A stretch of DNA of 64,000 nucleotides from Lytechinus pictus (taxonomy: Eukaryota): positions 45,694,001 through 45,758,000 of the forward strand of contig NC_087247.1 in NCBI RefSeq assembly GCF_037042905.1. Reading direction: 5' to 3'. Positions within the stretch are counted from its first letter, which is position 1. Every line of letters starts with the position of its first letter. Made by a program: the position numbers and the translations under genes. Shown here piece after piece: positions 1-13,449 of this stretch. The notes beneath the pieces are model-generated. The model was not told the DNA's origin. It ran no database searches and saw nothing but the letters and a program-made list of their open reading frames with translations.

Positions 1-62
1 TCTGAAAATAATAGGTGTTTTCATTCATCAAAGAATTGATCATGTATCCCTCTAGTAATTAA

Positions 63-456
63 AGATAAATTCCAGTTTTGGTAACGATCTAAAAATGACT
101 TTTTACAGAATCTAATATAATGACCACCTAAATGTCTGTTTGTATGAATAAAAAATATGTGCCAAAGGATTCTGGAAGAAATTGTGTAATTGCTGAGAAA
201 TAAGCAAAATAAGCGCGGATTCGGTCACTTCCGTCGGGTCTTTATTTTAGCAATAATAATACAGTGTCCCACGTGTGCCTATCTGTGTTGGTGATCTTCA
301 GTGTGAACATTTTTCAGCGTAGATTTCAAGATTTCACAAAGTTCAGTTTATGTAACTGTACCAGATCTAGATCCTCGATGATATACTGACAATTAAGCCT
401 TGTTTTACAGACTTTCTCATGAAATCAGTGTTTACTGCAAATACTGGAATTTCTCT
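63..456. mobile_element. Non-autonomous DNA transposon (MITE), TTAA target duplication, Kolobok-like
   Basis: ttaa|AGATAAATTCCAGT ... ACTGGAATTTCTCT|ttaa; purine-start termini with TTAA fit Kolobok rather than piggyBac. Confidence 0.7.
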
Positions 457-3400
457 TTAAGCTTAAAAGGGGCAGTGTACTGTAGTAAATAAATGTGTAA
501 AACTTGGGTACAAAATAATTTGAAATGTATGCCATATGTTTGCCATATTTCCAATTACTATATCATCCTCTTGTGAACTAAATCTCTGTTTAAATTGCAC
601 TCCAGAATAATGCCAACCTATTTGTGTGTATTGTTATCCATGACTCATAGACCAACGATATCATTTTTTTCATAATTTTACTCAGTAGATCCAAATTATG
701 TAAACAATTTTCCAATATGAACAATGTCTCACTATAGCATACATGTAGGCCGACATAATACTTGTAATATGACTGCTAACTGGATATTAAGCTTTTCTTT
801 TAACTCTCTATCTTTTGTATAGTTTGTATAGTTTGCTTCCAAAAACTTTCAAGTTAAAGTATTGCTCCAATCCCCCAAAAAACATGTCGGCCTATATTTT
901 GATTTTAAGAAATATCACACACTTTAGTACCCATGATGCAAAGAATTTAAGAAAACAACTTACACCCATACTTTAATGACTAACGATCAAATATAATCCT
1001 CCCTTCAAAAAAAGGTCAATTCATGATGATCTGCAATGCAAGTCATTTCCATTTGAAAGCACTTTCCATAAATTAGACAAACAGTCAAGCTCAAGTATTG
1101 ACTACAACTGCTCAGTGAGTATTGACACAAATAACAAAACAACCATTCCTACATTAACCTTCAGATATATTACAATTCAACCACTCAGAACTAATATTAT
1201 CACATGAAAGGTGCATGTTTGGAACATTGAAGAACAAAATGAAGGTTTTTATTTTAAGGCACTATGTATATGTGGGATCAGAGAGGTCACATAAAATAAA
1301 CATGGAGCTAGAGTCGAGATTTGAACACACAGCACAAAGGGGTAACCTTGCGAATATAAATTACAGACATTCTGGAAAGCTTATATCTTGTAGGATGTGA
1401 TAGTCCACTTTGCCCTTTACAGACCCTACCATGGTGTGTTATTCCGTGTGTGTCTTGCTTTCAATGTTAAAATAAATGGGAGTTAAAATGCTGCAGCCCA
1501 AATAATTTGCTTTGCTATGCCATGCACCCTGTAGACGAAGCTTTAGGCATAAATGATTACACAGCAGAGCAAGGGAGGAAACAGTAAATTTATTCAATGA
1601 AAAAAGCGAGCGCAGAATTAATTCAATAACTTCTTTGTTGTTCAATGATTATTTGGCACAGTTTTTACATATTTATTCTCCATAGATTTGACTCAATAGA
1701 TGTTATCTACGAGTCTAACATTAACAGTCACATAATATGCAACAATGCTTGATTAGTAAGCACTGTTTGTGAATAAGCTTCATTGTCCTTAATTATGTGT
1801 TTAGGGCTACATGAAGATGAAATACAGATTGTTTACTACATGATTGCCACCATTTCTCCCATATTTAAGACACATCTGTACTCTGTAGGGATTAAAATAG
1901 CAACCCTATCAATAATCAAACATCTGGTCAATAACCCTAAAGATCAAAAACAAGAAGTCAACACTAAATTTTTAATAACTAGAACTAGTAAGGCTCATAA
2001 AATTAGCCTCTTGATAAAGCACACTGAAGAAATATGATAAAGACCTACACTGTAGCCAATTTATTAGCTCCATGATAACACTCACTGTAGCCAAATAAGA
2101 TCACAACCACAAGCCATGGCCTTAGTTCTATAGTATCACCTACACAAAAGGTTTCATATATATTAAAATACAGCTTTGAATCTTCTAAATTTAATCAGCA
2201 GCAAAACATAATTCCCTAAATTCCCCATACAAGACCATTTTGTGAGCCTTAGGGGTCAGGTGTTATTCAAGAAAAAAACAGAGTTCTATGCACGCATTAT
2301 CTATGAAGCCTTGATCACAAATAAATACATCAAATCCATAACCCCTCTCCTTTTCCGCAATAAGTAATTCATGAAATATGCTGCAAGCAGCCACAGCCTG
2401 AGAAGAATGCCAATTGATGTTTACATAATAGGCAGAATGCAGTAAGTTTGCGCATAATGAGATATATCTGTCCATACCCTACACGTTCATAATTAGGAGA
2501 GAGCGATAGACGAGTCCAATTTGCTTTATACATTATCAAATACACAATGCACAATAAAACAGGCTCCCCCAATCGCACCAGTGCATGTTTATATCATTCA
2601 ACAGAGAGAGCTCTGGTAATAATTCATCAGCGTATTTTCTCCGCTTCACTTGACTGATATCTGAGCACACAAATCCTTGTCTTCTCATCTCCTGAATGCA
2701 TCCAATTGCTTCACTACAGCAATCTACACCCACACCCCATGTCATTTACATCAATTCTAATCAAATCTTATCCTTAATCCTTTCACCCTCCAACATTACT
2801 GCACATTATATATATGTATATACATGTATATATATAGGCCTATATCATTCTTTGACATAAATATTCACATACTCATTTTGTTACACTTATAGTTAAATCC
2901 CAAGTTGAGAGTCAGCTTGAAATATTATGTCCATATGCTAGCAAGCCCATGAAACCAAAACAGAACACTGCTTGCAATAATAGATTTTACAAATTCATAA
3001 TTCTTCCATTTGCTATTTACTTTAGACTTCCCAGATTGTTAAACTATCTATATAACTTGAATAACTAATTAAAAGGAAAGCCTACAACACATATAATTCT
3101 ATGATTCTTACCACAAAAAGCAACTACACTGTAGTACAGTATAAAAGAGTCAAAATAGCCACTTCACTACCCTCATAGTACATGTACCTGTTTGTGTTAA
3201 TGTCATCAGTAGGCCTACAGTACTTACTAATCATAAATTTATGTCTTTTCTTTGAAAAGGAATGCACATGAAATACTGCAAGTTATAGTTTTAATGGGAA
3301 CTTACAGAATATAAAACCCAGCTTTCATGTACAATCCTAACTCCTAAGCAAAGAAATACACTAACACAATAGCCTAGGCTCAGTCTCTCCTCCCATTGGT

Positions 3401-6146
3401 CTATAGTTTCAGGACTTGTCCATTCAACATGTGGGTAGACTTTACTGCCAGTCCCTCCATCTCTTTCAGTCACTTCTATAAGCTTACACTACAGGGGGAG
3501 CCAGGGAGATGCATAAAGACACTACAACACATCTGGAAATGTTCTACAAGTAGGCCTACATGTATACTGTGTAGGGTGCAACATTTCCAACAGTATCTAC
3601 CCAAAAAGAGCTACTCATATTTTCAAACATATTAAGTTAAAAATTCCTGTAATAAGTTTCTTCTCCATAAACAATCGTCTAGAGCAAAGCCCTCCAAAAG
3701 ATCTTGTGGAAATGAATTCATACGTAACTACATGTATCAACCCTTCACTGTTGGAACAGTAAGGTTTCATACACAAAACATTAAACACTATATAAAGCTA
3801 CTGTACATATATCATCCAATGCATTACAGTCATATAAGAAAAATTGTTAATGCCACAAAGCGGAAACTCTATCTTTGTATCATGTACACTGACTCATAAA
3901 CAGTCATACAGTAGTTAAATCATTATCAAAAGAATACTCACATTCCTTGCTGAATAATGGCGAAGAAATGATTGAACACGCTAGTCAGGTCAAGTCAAGC
4001 AAAAGAGTATCCATAGGCAATATTGAAAAAAGAAATTGTGCAATGAACGTTGTTATGCACTCATGAAATAACACAGCCCATGGAGGTTAAAAGTGAAAAG
4101 CAATTGTCATGGCTTATTATAATCACAGCTACTCCAGGAGAAAACGCACACGACAACGTAAGAATGCACATCAAAATGTTGGCTTATCTATTCATATTTG
4201 GGTGAGACTGTGGGCTGGGAAAGAGAGAGCTTGAACAAGAATAATTTTCTGCATGTTTTTTTCACCTGGTCATAAAATATTCCATTCAGCGGTAATTGAG
4301 ACTGCTTGCTTTTCTCTCGCACGCCCAATGAATTCTGACATATGTCTTTCATACATGCTGGCTATAAAAGGGAAGTGCAGTATTATTTCTACTTTTTCTT
4401 TAACTCTGTCTCCTTCTACAAGCTATACTTGCCATGGTGGAAAATAATTAGAAACTGAAACCGAGGCAGGATATTGAAATTACTAAAAAGGTATTCAAGT
4501 TAAACTGTGTGCATATATCTTGTTTTTTCTGCAGATTATGGATTGGGCTTTTTATCTTTGTCAACATCTTCTGAGGCGAAGAACTAAGTACTTGTATTAT
4601 AAAATCTGCTGGTATCATACAAGCACTTTTGTTTTCAAATGTTTTACTTCTTTTTAGGTATAAACATTTACAAGTTGCATATCATGTTTCTTCTACATGT
4701 ACATGTAAGTATTAATCATGATCAATTTCAGGGGTATATACTGTAGTTATGCAATATATGGGTATTAAATGTATTCCTTCAACACATAACAAAGATCAAA
4801 ACAGCAGGAAAGACATGTCATCTGAAATTTAACAAGAGTAGTAAAGCTACAAAAATGTTTCATAAAAGTACAAAGTAAATACGAAAGGAATTTCATAAGA
4901 TGAATATCCGGGTGTACAGACAAGGCCAAAAATGCAATCTCCATCCACATGCCCTATTGCTTTTCAAAAGCCTTTTAATGATTGTTCTATGCTACACGTA
5001 AATCACGAAGTGCAATAATACTAGGTTTCTGGTTAAATGAACCTGGTTAAATAGGAAATTACTACACATATTTTTTTTTACTTTTCTGTGGTTTCTGTTT
5101 TGCTCTATTATTACTGTACATAATTACATATTGTATCATTTTGATGCTGAGAAAATAGATTCAACTGAACTGAACTAAACTGAGCATTTACAATATATTC
5201 CACAAGAGTAAGCAACTCTAAGCAACTGAAAATAGTGTTGCCTTTAATGTTTTCATGCATAAGTTCTACATTAAATGAGGTGACAACACATCACTATCAC
5301 ACAATTACATGTATGTAGTGCTTATTATAATGGAGCAATTTAAGAACAAAAACCTGCAGTTTAAAATGCACACATTACATAATCAATTTGATATAATAAA
5401 ATAATATGTAAATACAATGTACATGTAGCTAAATTTTTGTCCATCTTTTCCAATAAATGATTTATCAACTTTCTAGAGTCTGTGCAGGATAGGGATCAAT
5501 GCATTTGAGCTGTCTCTTTGCAAATTTCCTCGACCTTCCCTCCCAAATTGACATACTGTAGCCATGACTTTCAGCAGAATCCAATCAAATTACATGTTAT
5601 TTGCAGACTCCTGCAGTGGAAAAAAGGAAATCTAGTCTGTGTAAGATTTCCATAATAAAACGTATCCAGTAGACACTCTATATGAATGTGAATGATCAGG
5701 GAAAGAACAGCATACCCTTTGCACTGGGGGAAACAGCTGGGTTCCCATTCACAAACTGAATTTCTCCACCATTCTCACAAAATGTAGTTTAAATGCCATT
5801 CACAACTCACTGGCCCAGATACTGCAGATTTGAAAACTCAAATTTCATGTATTTATAATATGCCAGGATCAAACAATTATTATCATAAAAGCAAAAGAAA
5901 AAACAAAAGGGGAATTTCTGGTAATTCACAGAAGAGGAAGAAGCATCTGATGCTCAATAATGTTTGTCTGTCATTTTCAGGATCAGAAAATGATGTGAAA
6001 CAAACGCATCTGATTTGAATCTTCTTTCTTTTCATTTCTTTTCCCCCTTTGCTTCCTCTTGTCCTTCTTTCAACCCTTGCATGTTTGCTTTCTTCCTCCT
6101 TATCTTTCTTTATAACCTGGTATCTTTTGAATTCAATTGTTCTTAA

Positions 6147-6730
6147 AGGAGAATGAAACCCTTGAAACCAGCTGAATCCATATCAAAGAGAAAAATCAAA
6201 GAAACATATTGTTGAAAGTTTGAGGAAGATTGAATGAATAATAAGAAAGTTATGAGCATTTGAATATTGAGATCACTAATGCCATGTAGATCCTCCCATT
6301 GGCAATGCGACCAAGATCTGTGATGTCACACACGTACAACTCCCTCATTACTTTAGTACTTATTTCAATTATATTCTCACTTTTATAGAGTCTATCACAA
6401 GGTGAGGTGTTCTCTTTATGAGAGGACAAGTACAGAGGTTTCACAACATTATATCATTGATGAATCATTTGTCATATGATTAGAATGAGCAAAAAGAGAT
6501 GTTTTGGGGTATATTTTCAATGTCCGAAAGGGGAGAGTTGTTCATCTGTGACATCAAAGATCTTGGTCGCATTGCCAATGGGAGGATCTCCATAGCATTA
6601 GTGATCTCGACATTCAAATGCTCATAACTCTTCTATTGCTAGTCCTATTTTACTCAAACTTTTGTTGATCTTATTGTTTGATTTTTCTGCTTTCACAAAA
6701 GCTAACTTGCTCCAAGAGTTTCATTCTCCT
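6147..6730. mobile_element. Kolobok-like MITE with long (about 190 bp) inverted arms
   Basis: ttaa|AGGAGAATGAAAC ... GTTTCATTCTCCT|ttaa; internal gatcctcccattggcaatgcgaccaagatc is present on both arms in inverted orientation. Confidence 0.85.
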
Positions 6731-6875
6731 TTAAACATCTTTCTTTCTTCCTACCTTTCCTTCTTCTTTCTCTTGTTCTATAGAATATAAACACCAATGA
6801 ATTGGTTAATTAGACATTTCTTGGTGAAAGTTGAAACTACATGTATTAAATCAGTACACAAGGCATATGTATCAG

Positions 6876-8267
6876 TGGCCATGCGTCTTGAACTCGCCCC
6901 ACAAAAAGGCGGTTTACATACAATATCTCAGTTGAACGGAGAGATATTGTCATGAAATTGGTATCATTATAAAGCTAAATATATAAAATGAGCACAATAC
7001 CATGTAAATTTCCAACACCACGATTGATAGAACGAAAAGTGGAGAGGGTGGTGGGGGGGGGGGGAGAGGAGGGGGAAAAGAGGTACACACAATGTCTATG
7101 GGAAAGGCACATTTCAGATTTTAAAATTAATAACTTTGGTATATACAGGGGGCCAGAGACCTCATTTTGGTCTCATTTTAAAGCTTGAAGTGAGTATATG
7201 TAGTATAATAATTATACAACACTCGTTTACAACTTATTTCAATTACCGGCAAGTAAATTTAATTAGCAATACTTAGTTTTGAAAAACTTAAAATTCAACA
7301 TAAAAACACAATTTAAATTCTCGCATAGGAACAATTTATGACGTGATTTTTGGCTTAATGGAGACCCGTTATTATGAAATTGGTGTCATTTGAAAGCTGA
7401 GTATAAGTTGTATTAGGGGTGATAGTGCTTATATATGCATATATCAATTTGAGTAATTTTGCTCAATAAAATGAAGAAAACAAGGGTTGTTGGGGGGTCA
7501 TGAAAGCGGTACATATGACATTCAACTCTATGGCATTGTTGTTTGGTTTCCAAGGGGCTGGACCTTTGAATTGGTCTCATTTTACAGCTAAATATTTCAG
7601 GTATAATAATACACCTCTATACATATCATACAATTATCAATTCATTATGATTCATTAGAAATTTAATTTAATGTTAGTGTTCAATATTTGAAATTAACAT
7701 GAATTTGAATTATTAAGAAATTACCTTGATGAAATTATTGAATCCCCTAAAATTATATATCATTTGAAAGGGAATTTCTTGAGCAATACAAATCTAATAA
7801 CTAATAAATTTGATGGGCAAAGAGAAAACAAAAAATGGATGTCTGAAATAAAGTATATTCAGGGGTGTGAGTGGTCACAAATAAAAAGATCTAAAAAAAA
7901 GCTGAAGAGTGTTGAAAAAGTCTGAAATAGAAAGAGCTCCCATACTTTTTGTACGGAGGAAGGCCAAAAATAAGCTGAAATTAAGCTGAAAATCAAAACA
8001 AAAAAATCTGAAATCTCACACCCCTGTATATTGGAGGTCCTAAAAATTTGAACATTTTTATTCATAAAATGTGAGTTCAACCTACCTTAACTTTAATGTC
8101 ATTTTTGGAATCCTCATGAAATTTCCTATCAGAAAATGTACACTTTTGTATGGATAGGGTGAATATTTTCAAAGTTATGACCATTTTTATACTGATAGAT
8201 TATAGATACGCTATCATTAGATTTGGGTGACGTAACACAAATGGGGCAAGTTCAAGATGCATAGCCA
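6876..8267. mobile_element. About 1.4 kb non-autonomous DNA transposon with 26-bp imperfect TIRs
   Basis: tggccatgcgtcttgaactcgcccca (6876) versus tggggcaagttcaagatgcatagcca (ends 8267); no ORF; superfamily not determined. Confidence 0.7.
7860..8026. mobile_element. Small hAT-like MITE with 6-bp TSD, nested in the 6876-8267 element
   Basis: tatatt|CAGGGGTGTGAG ... CTCACACCCCTG|tatatt. Confidence 0.75.
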
Positions 8268-9299
8268 AGTACACATATCACTAATTGCATCAGTACAGGT
8301 ATTGTAGTTTTAGATTAAACCACAAGCCTTAAGGTCCTGGGTTCAAATCCAACTATAGCAACAATGACTACTTGCTTCATTTTCATTGTGGCATGCATCT
8401 GCAATCCAAGCTTCATATGGAAGTTACAACTGATGCAGAAGTGAGAGGTTCGAGTCTCAGGCCAGTTCCAGAAAGAGTTGTGATCAAACACGACTCCAAA
8501 TATCAAACGCAACTTGATTTTCAACCAATGAAACACACATATTTCTAAAGTTGCATTTAAACATGACTTGTACTCTTTCTGCAGTGATTCCCAAATCATA
8601 TCTTGACCTTCGGATGATGACGTTAAAGGTCAGTTGCAGACATCAATAACAAAAAATGATAACAGATTGATTCATGTCTGTAAAAACTCAATTACTCCCA
8701 TAAACATACCTACATGTACTTTATACTTGTGGTGGGGAATTCTTAATCAACTTTGATAACATACAACTGAGCAATGAAATGCCACAAAAAAAACAGGGTC
8801 ATAGGCCGGCTTAATAGCTATTTAAGTTTTTTTTTCAGTAGAATTTCAGTAAAATCTCATACGTGGGCACTATGATGATTGAATGGATTTTTAAACAGAC
8901 ATTTTGAATTTTCCCCTTATCATAATGAACCATGCCAATACTCAAATTCTTAATAACAAACTGTATGTTAGGGTCTATCAATTTCAAATTGAACAAAAAC
9001 AAGTGTTTTTATCTTTCATGTATTTCAAAACCTAAAAGTGTCATTTGTAAACTCTTGATGTCAATAAAGGCTCAAACTTAAGGAACTGGGAGGAGATATG
9101 GTCAACAGTTTCATTTAAAAAAACTGAAATTTTTATAAATCAAGTATGTGTGAAAATCTATTCAAATTTTTTTTTTAAAGAACCTAGAAGTAGCACTAAC
9201 ATCAGAATATATGGCGCTCTATGGGGCAATGGGACCTCAATAATATTTTTAAAAAGCTGCCAGAGTACTGAGAGTAGCCAGAATTTTAAGAACCATTGC

Positions 9300-9583
9300 A
9301 TTGTGCAAAATCCACAGACATTTAATCAAAATTTACACTTAAGATATCATTTGTGATATCTAAACTGCAATAAACAATAACTTATTTCATTCAAAAAAGT
9401 TCAAAACTATAAGCGAAAAAAAAATCATTAGACAATTCACTTCGCTGTCGCCGTAATTGTGTGCATTTGTGTGTTACCGCAGGTGCCCACTTTCTACAAA
9501 TGCAGCACACCGTATATATGCTATTGCCGCCTATGAGGTTATACTGTTATGTTTTGACCCCATTGGTATTAGGAGTGGAATAT
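9300..9583 (+). repeat. Interspersed repeat segment shared with 51798-52090
   Basis: gtgcaaaatccacagaYatttaatcaaaatt, aactgcaataaacaataact, gtgcatttgtgtgttac and gcctatgaggt blocks are collinear in both copies. Confidence 0.7.
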
Positions 9584-10249
9584 GGTAGCCTCACAAGAAA
9601 TTGTAATTGTATATTGTCAAGATTGTGAAGTAATAGCAAATTAATGGATCTAATCTTACAAAAAATTGCATCATGAAATAGTCAACAAGAACTGTTTCTT
9701 TGATATATCATTTAACATTTATAGACAGGTCCATGTTTATATCATTAATGATATTTATAGGCCTAGTATTATTCATAACATTCTAAGCCTAGATAAATGG
9801 GGGGGGGGGCTAAGCAAAACAAGGCAAAACTTTTAGTTAGTTGCTTAAAATTGTCACATTTTCGAGAAAAAAAAGGCAGGCAATGGACAAGTTATCCTGG
9901 GAGTGGGATGTCTTGGACTTTATAGATCTAGATTCTAGGTTCTCCAATTTTTTTTTAAATCTGGAATGGAAGAGAAGATCATGAAGATCAGGGGCAAAAA
10001 TATAATTCCACCATTTTACTTGGGTAGGCCTAAGTGTTGAGAACAAAGCCAAATGCAATTGGGTAATCGTTTCAACAACTGCTCAAGGCATCTGTCACTT
10101 AAGAAAGTGAAATTGATGAAGTCGGTAGAAAGATGCTGCAAAAATGACCCCTAAATCCCATTTCAAAAGACACTGCACTATGTGCAATGCGCAAGCAATT
10201 CACAACATTGAGCAGAACATTTTCTCAATGCGATTAGAACGGCCAAGTA

Positions 10250-12750
10250 AATCATCGCCAATTGAAGGGGAATAAAGATGGCAGACGAACGATAGTGAAT
10301 CCACACCCAGTGTGTAACGACCTTTCATATTTTAACAAGTACAGCAGTAATAAATTAGAACGATCCGAAACGCCGACAAACAAGTATGAAAATTTGGCCG
10401 AAATTCGTACAAATTGACCACTGATAGCCCCCAGTGAACACACACACGTGTGTTCGGGGTCAATGCGGACACGATGTGATAATTCCGATTTTTTTTTTGG
10501 ATGAAATCTTACCGTAAATCGTAGGTGAAAACGCCAGTCGATATAGCAATTTAGAATAAAGAGATCCCTGTGGTTGTTTTCTAATAAAAGAACGAAAGAT
10601 TTCCACCAGCTCGACATATTGGAAGGTCAGATAAAGCCGTAAGGAAATGCAACGAAAACACAGATAAATCCGATTGAATGTGTATTGATGTATCCCATAC
10701 ACACTCGTATGTTACTTACCTGGGCCTGTGGAGAAGTGAATGGATGGAAACTTGGGATAAATTCTGTCAAATCCAGTCACAAATCGAGCAACGATTTTGT
10801 ATAAGAAACGGACACCATTTTTTTTGTTTGCCCTTGTTTCGTATAAATAGGTAAAAGGATATATGAGGAGTCAATTTATGCATGAGTCGTCTACAGCTAC
10901 ACGGCAGCTGCGCGTAACATGACGGCTTCGCACCCCGCGGCTTGACGAAAAATTTGGTAAACTTACGTCCAAATTTCACAACATTCGACCCAAATCACGG
11001 CTCCAGAGTTACGCAATCATCTAGGCACTAGTACAGTTGGTATATCATGGTGTTTGTTGTTATTAATGTCCAAATATTTCACACAAAAACCTCAAGAACG
11101 TTAGCAAATGTTGCGACGAAATCGGGGGTTCTATTAACGGAGAATACATCGATATAATGACCCCGAGATTTCTTTGTATTAGAAGTATACACATTCGGAT
11201 ATTACAATTAGAATTGAACCAATTTAGCAGCAAATTATACCCTATTATTCCATCATAGTTTATCATTGAACTTGTGTAAATTTTGATATATGTTTTGTTT
11301 CTCTTTATTTAGATTCAACACAATGGTATAAAGCCATCAATGTGTTTGATCCACCTACTGTGAGGGTTTTTAGAGTCAATATAATCACCGGGGTATTCAG
11401 AACAAAGTAATCTTGCGATCATTCGCGAGAGGACTGTCAAGTCGCGAGAGAAACAAAAAAGTCAAACATTTTAGATTGAAATAAAACAATATATTGAATT
11501 AATATCTCTATTTTACTCACTCATTCATGAAGCCTGATAATACCAAAGGTCAACCCTTTGGTTTCCTTAGTATTTATTCCAATATAAGTCCAATGAATTC
11601 GGGGACCAATTGAGTGGGGTTGGCTATCCGAGGAATTGGGGATTTCTCGCAGTGAATTATATTTTGTCTACTACATGTGGGTTTGTAGGATGTGCGTGAC
11701 GTCACGCTCGTGAGTCAATAACAAAAAAAAATCGGCATGAATGAAAATTTGTGGACGTATTGAGAGCATGTGTCAGGCATTACATGGCGTGGCGCGTTCT
11801 CTGACAATGGGGTGCATTATTTTCGTCGTTTTAAGCACAAATTACGCCCCCCCCCCCCCATAATCAATTTGATATTTCGGACGTGTCGCGCCTTTCGCGT
11901 TATATTTAATAAAAGATCTGTTATGAGAAATATATTTTCAATTTCAATGAACTGCATTCGTAAGTGTAAATAACAAAAAAATACATTGAATTGTTTACAG
12001 AGGTCATAATCGAATCTATACATATATAATTTGATGTAAACATGAAAACCGACCTAAAGAAACGTACATATAGGTAATTTCAGATGTTTTTTTATTTCAG
12101 AATTACACAATGAGTGAGGGTTCTTAAGGAAATTAATTTTCTTCATGAACAAGCAATAAGATGAAGTTGTGAATAAATTAACAATTTTGGAGGATGGTGG
12201 ATTTTCTTTAGATTGTCAATAGATCGATACATAGTTTGTGATTGACATCATTTATTGATAGTAATAACTGATATAACATAAACGCTCATATAGGTAATCT
12301 AGATCAATTAATTAATCAAACTATTAATCAATTAAAAATAAACAGAAATGACTAGCTCAATCTACTTTATTTCTATAATATATACAATAAGGATATACAT
12401 GTAGATTAATTATTTATGAAGAGCTAATTTCTTTACAGTGCACGTCTTTTGGGGTGCAGCATTGTTTTAGTAGTTAATCACAATCAACGACATTTGTTTA
12501 CGTTTTGTAAGAAACGGGGCGGGGTTTGCACACGTGCTCCTGAAGCACGTGCAGTTTGTTGTGTACTAACAATACGCGCTCCTCGCAAGGGCGCGCGCCG
12601 TTTTATGGATGCGCTTGTTGTGGGCGGTCCCTGGATAAATAGAGGCGGGGCCATAGACGGGACAATATCAGTGGGCGGGTCATATTCCCTTGTTTACAGC
12701 AATTTCGCTCACGCTCAGCTTATAGAAATATGTAGAAATTTCGAACATGG
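10250..12750. promoter_or_regulatory. CpG-enriched promoter-like region
   Basis: CpG-rich relative to the flanks; minus-strand CAG|GTAAGT donor at 10720; palindromic CRE gcgTGACGTCAcgc at 11694-11707 next to AP-1 TGAGTCA at 11711-11717; four GC boxes and two CACGTG at about 12515-12680. Confidence 0.5.
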
Positions 12751-13449
12751 GTGATTCTTGGCAGGCATATCTTAGTCCTCTTTCCCCCTTTACTGTATTT
12801 AGACTACATTTGAAATTCGCATTTATTAATATCCACAGAAAATTAAAAAAAATAATTACATAGTACACATTTCTTGCATAGAATAACTGAGAAAAGTATA
12901 CAGAACAACATTGTTTTTTTCACGCAAAAATTTGTAATACACAATATGATATTCATATAGGTGCACGAAGGTATGTGTAAATAGTGATATCCACCGAAAA
13001 GCATTGATTTGGGAGAGAAAAGTGGCAATTATACCAATGGAGAAGTGGGGGGGGGGGGCAATCTCACATATCGATTATAAAGTCTGTCTATGCAGTTTTC
13101 TTTGGGGGCTACGCTATTTCAATTAGTTTTCTTTATTTACTATTTTCATTTACACCTTTTTTTTTGCAAGAAGCTTATTTGGTTGCTGGGCTGTTATAAT
13201 GTCATCTCATTTTTAGTGTTAGGTAATATAATCACATTGAATATCATTGGCGGCGGGAGCATCAAAATTTAGGGGGGAGGGAAATAATATTTTCATCCAC
13301 ATTTTTCCCAGTCGGCTGCTAAAAGCTTTTTTTGTTTTTTGATTAAGGGGTAGTCCCCACTAAAGTCCGAAATTTTAAGTACATCTTAGTTTGTTTTGTT
13401 TTCTTTTCTTGCAAACAAGATTAGATGTTTCTAAAGCCTAAATTAATGA

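Noticed and set aside
5800-6118. Lys/Arg/Glu-rich coding exon on the minus strand
   Set aside because: The open frame is low-complexity, has no recognisable homology and no in-phase neighbouring exons could be assembled
10714-10725. U1 snRNA 5' end (ACTTACCTGG)
   Set aside because: The downstream sequence does not match U1; it is simply the reverse complement of a consensus splice donor
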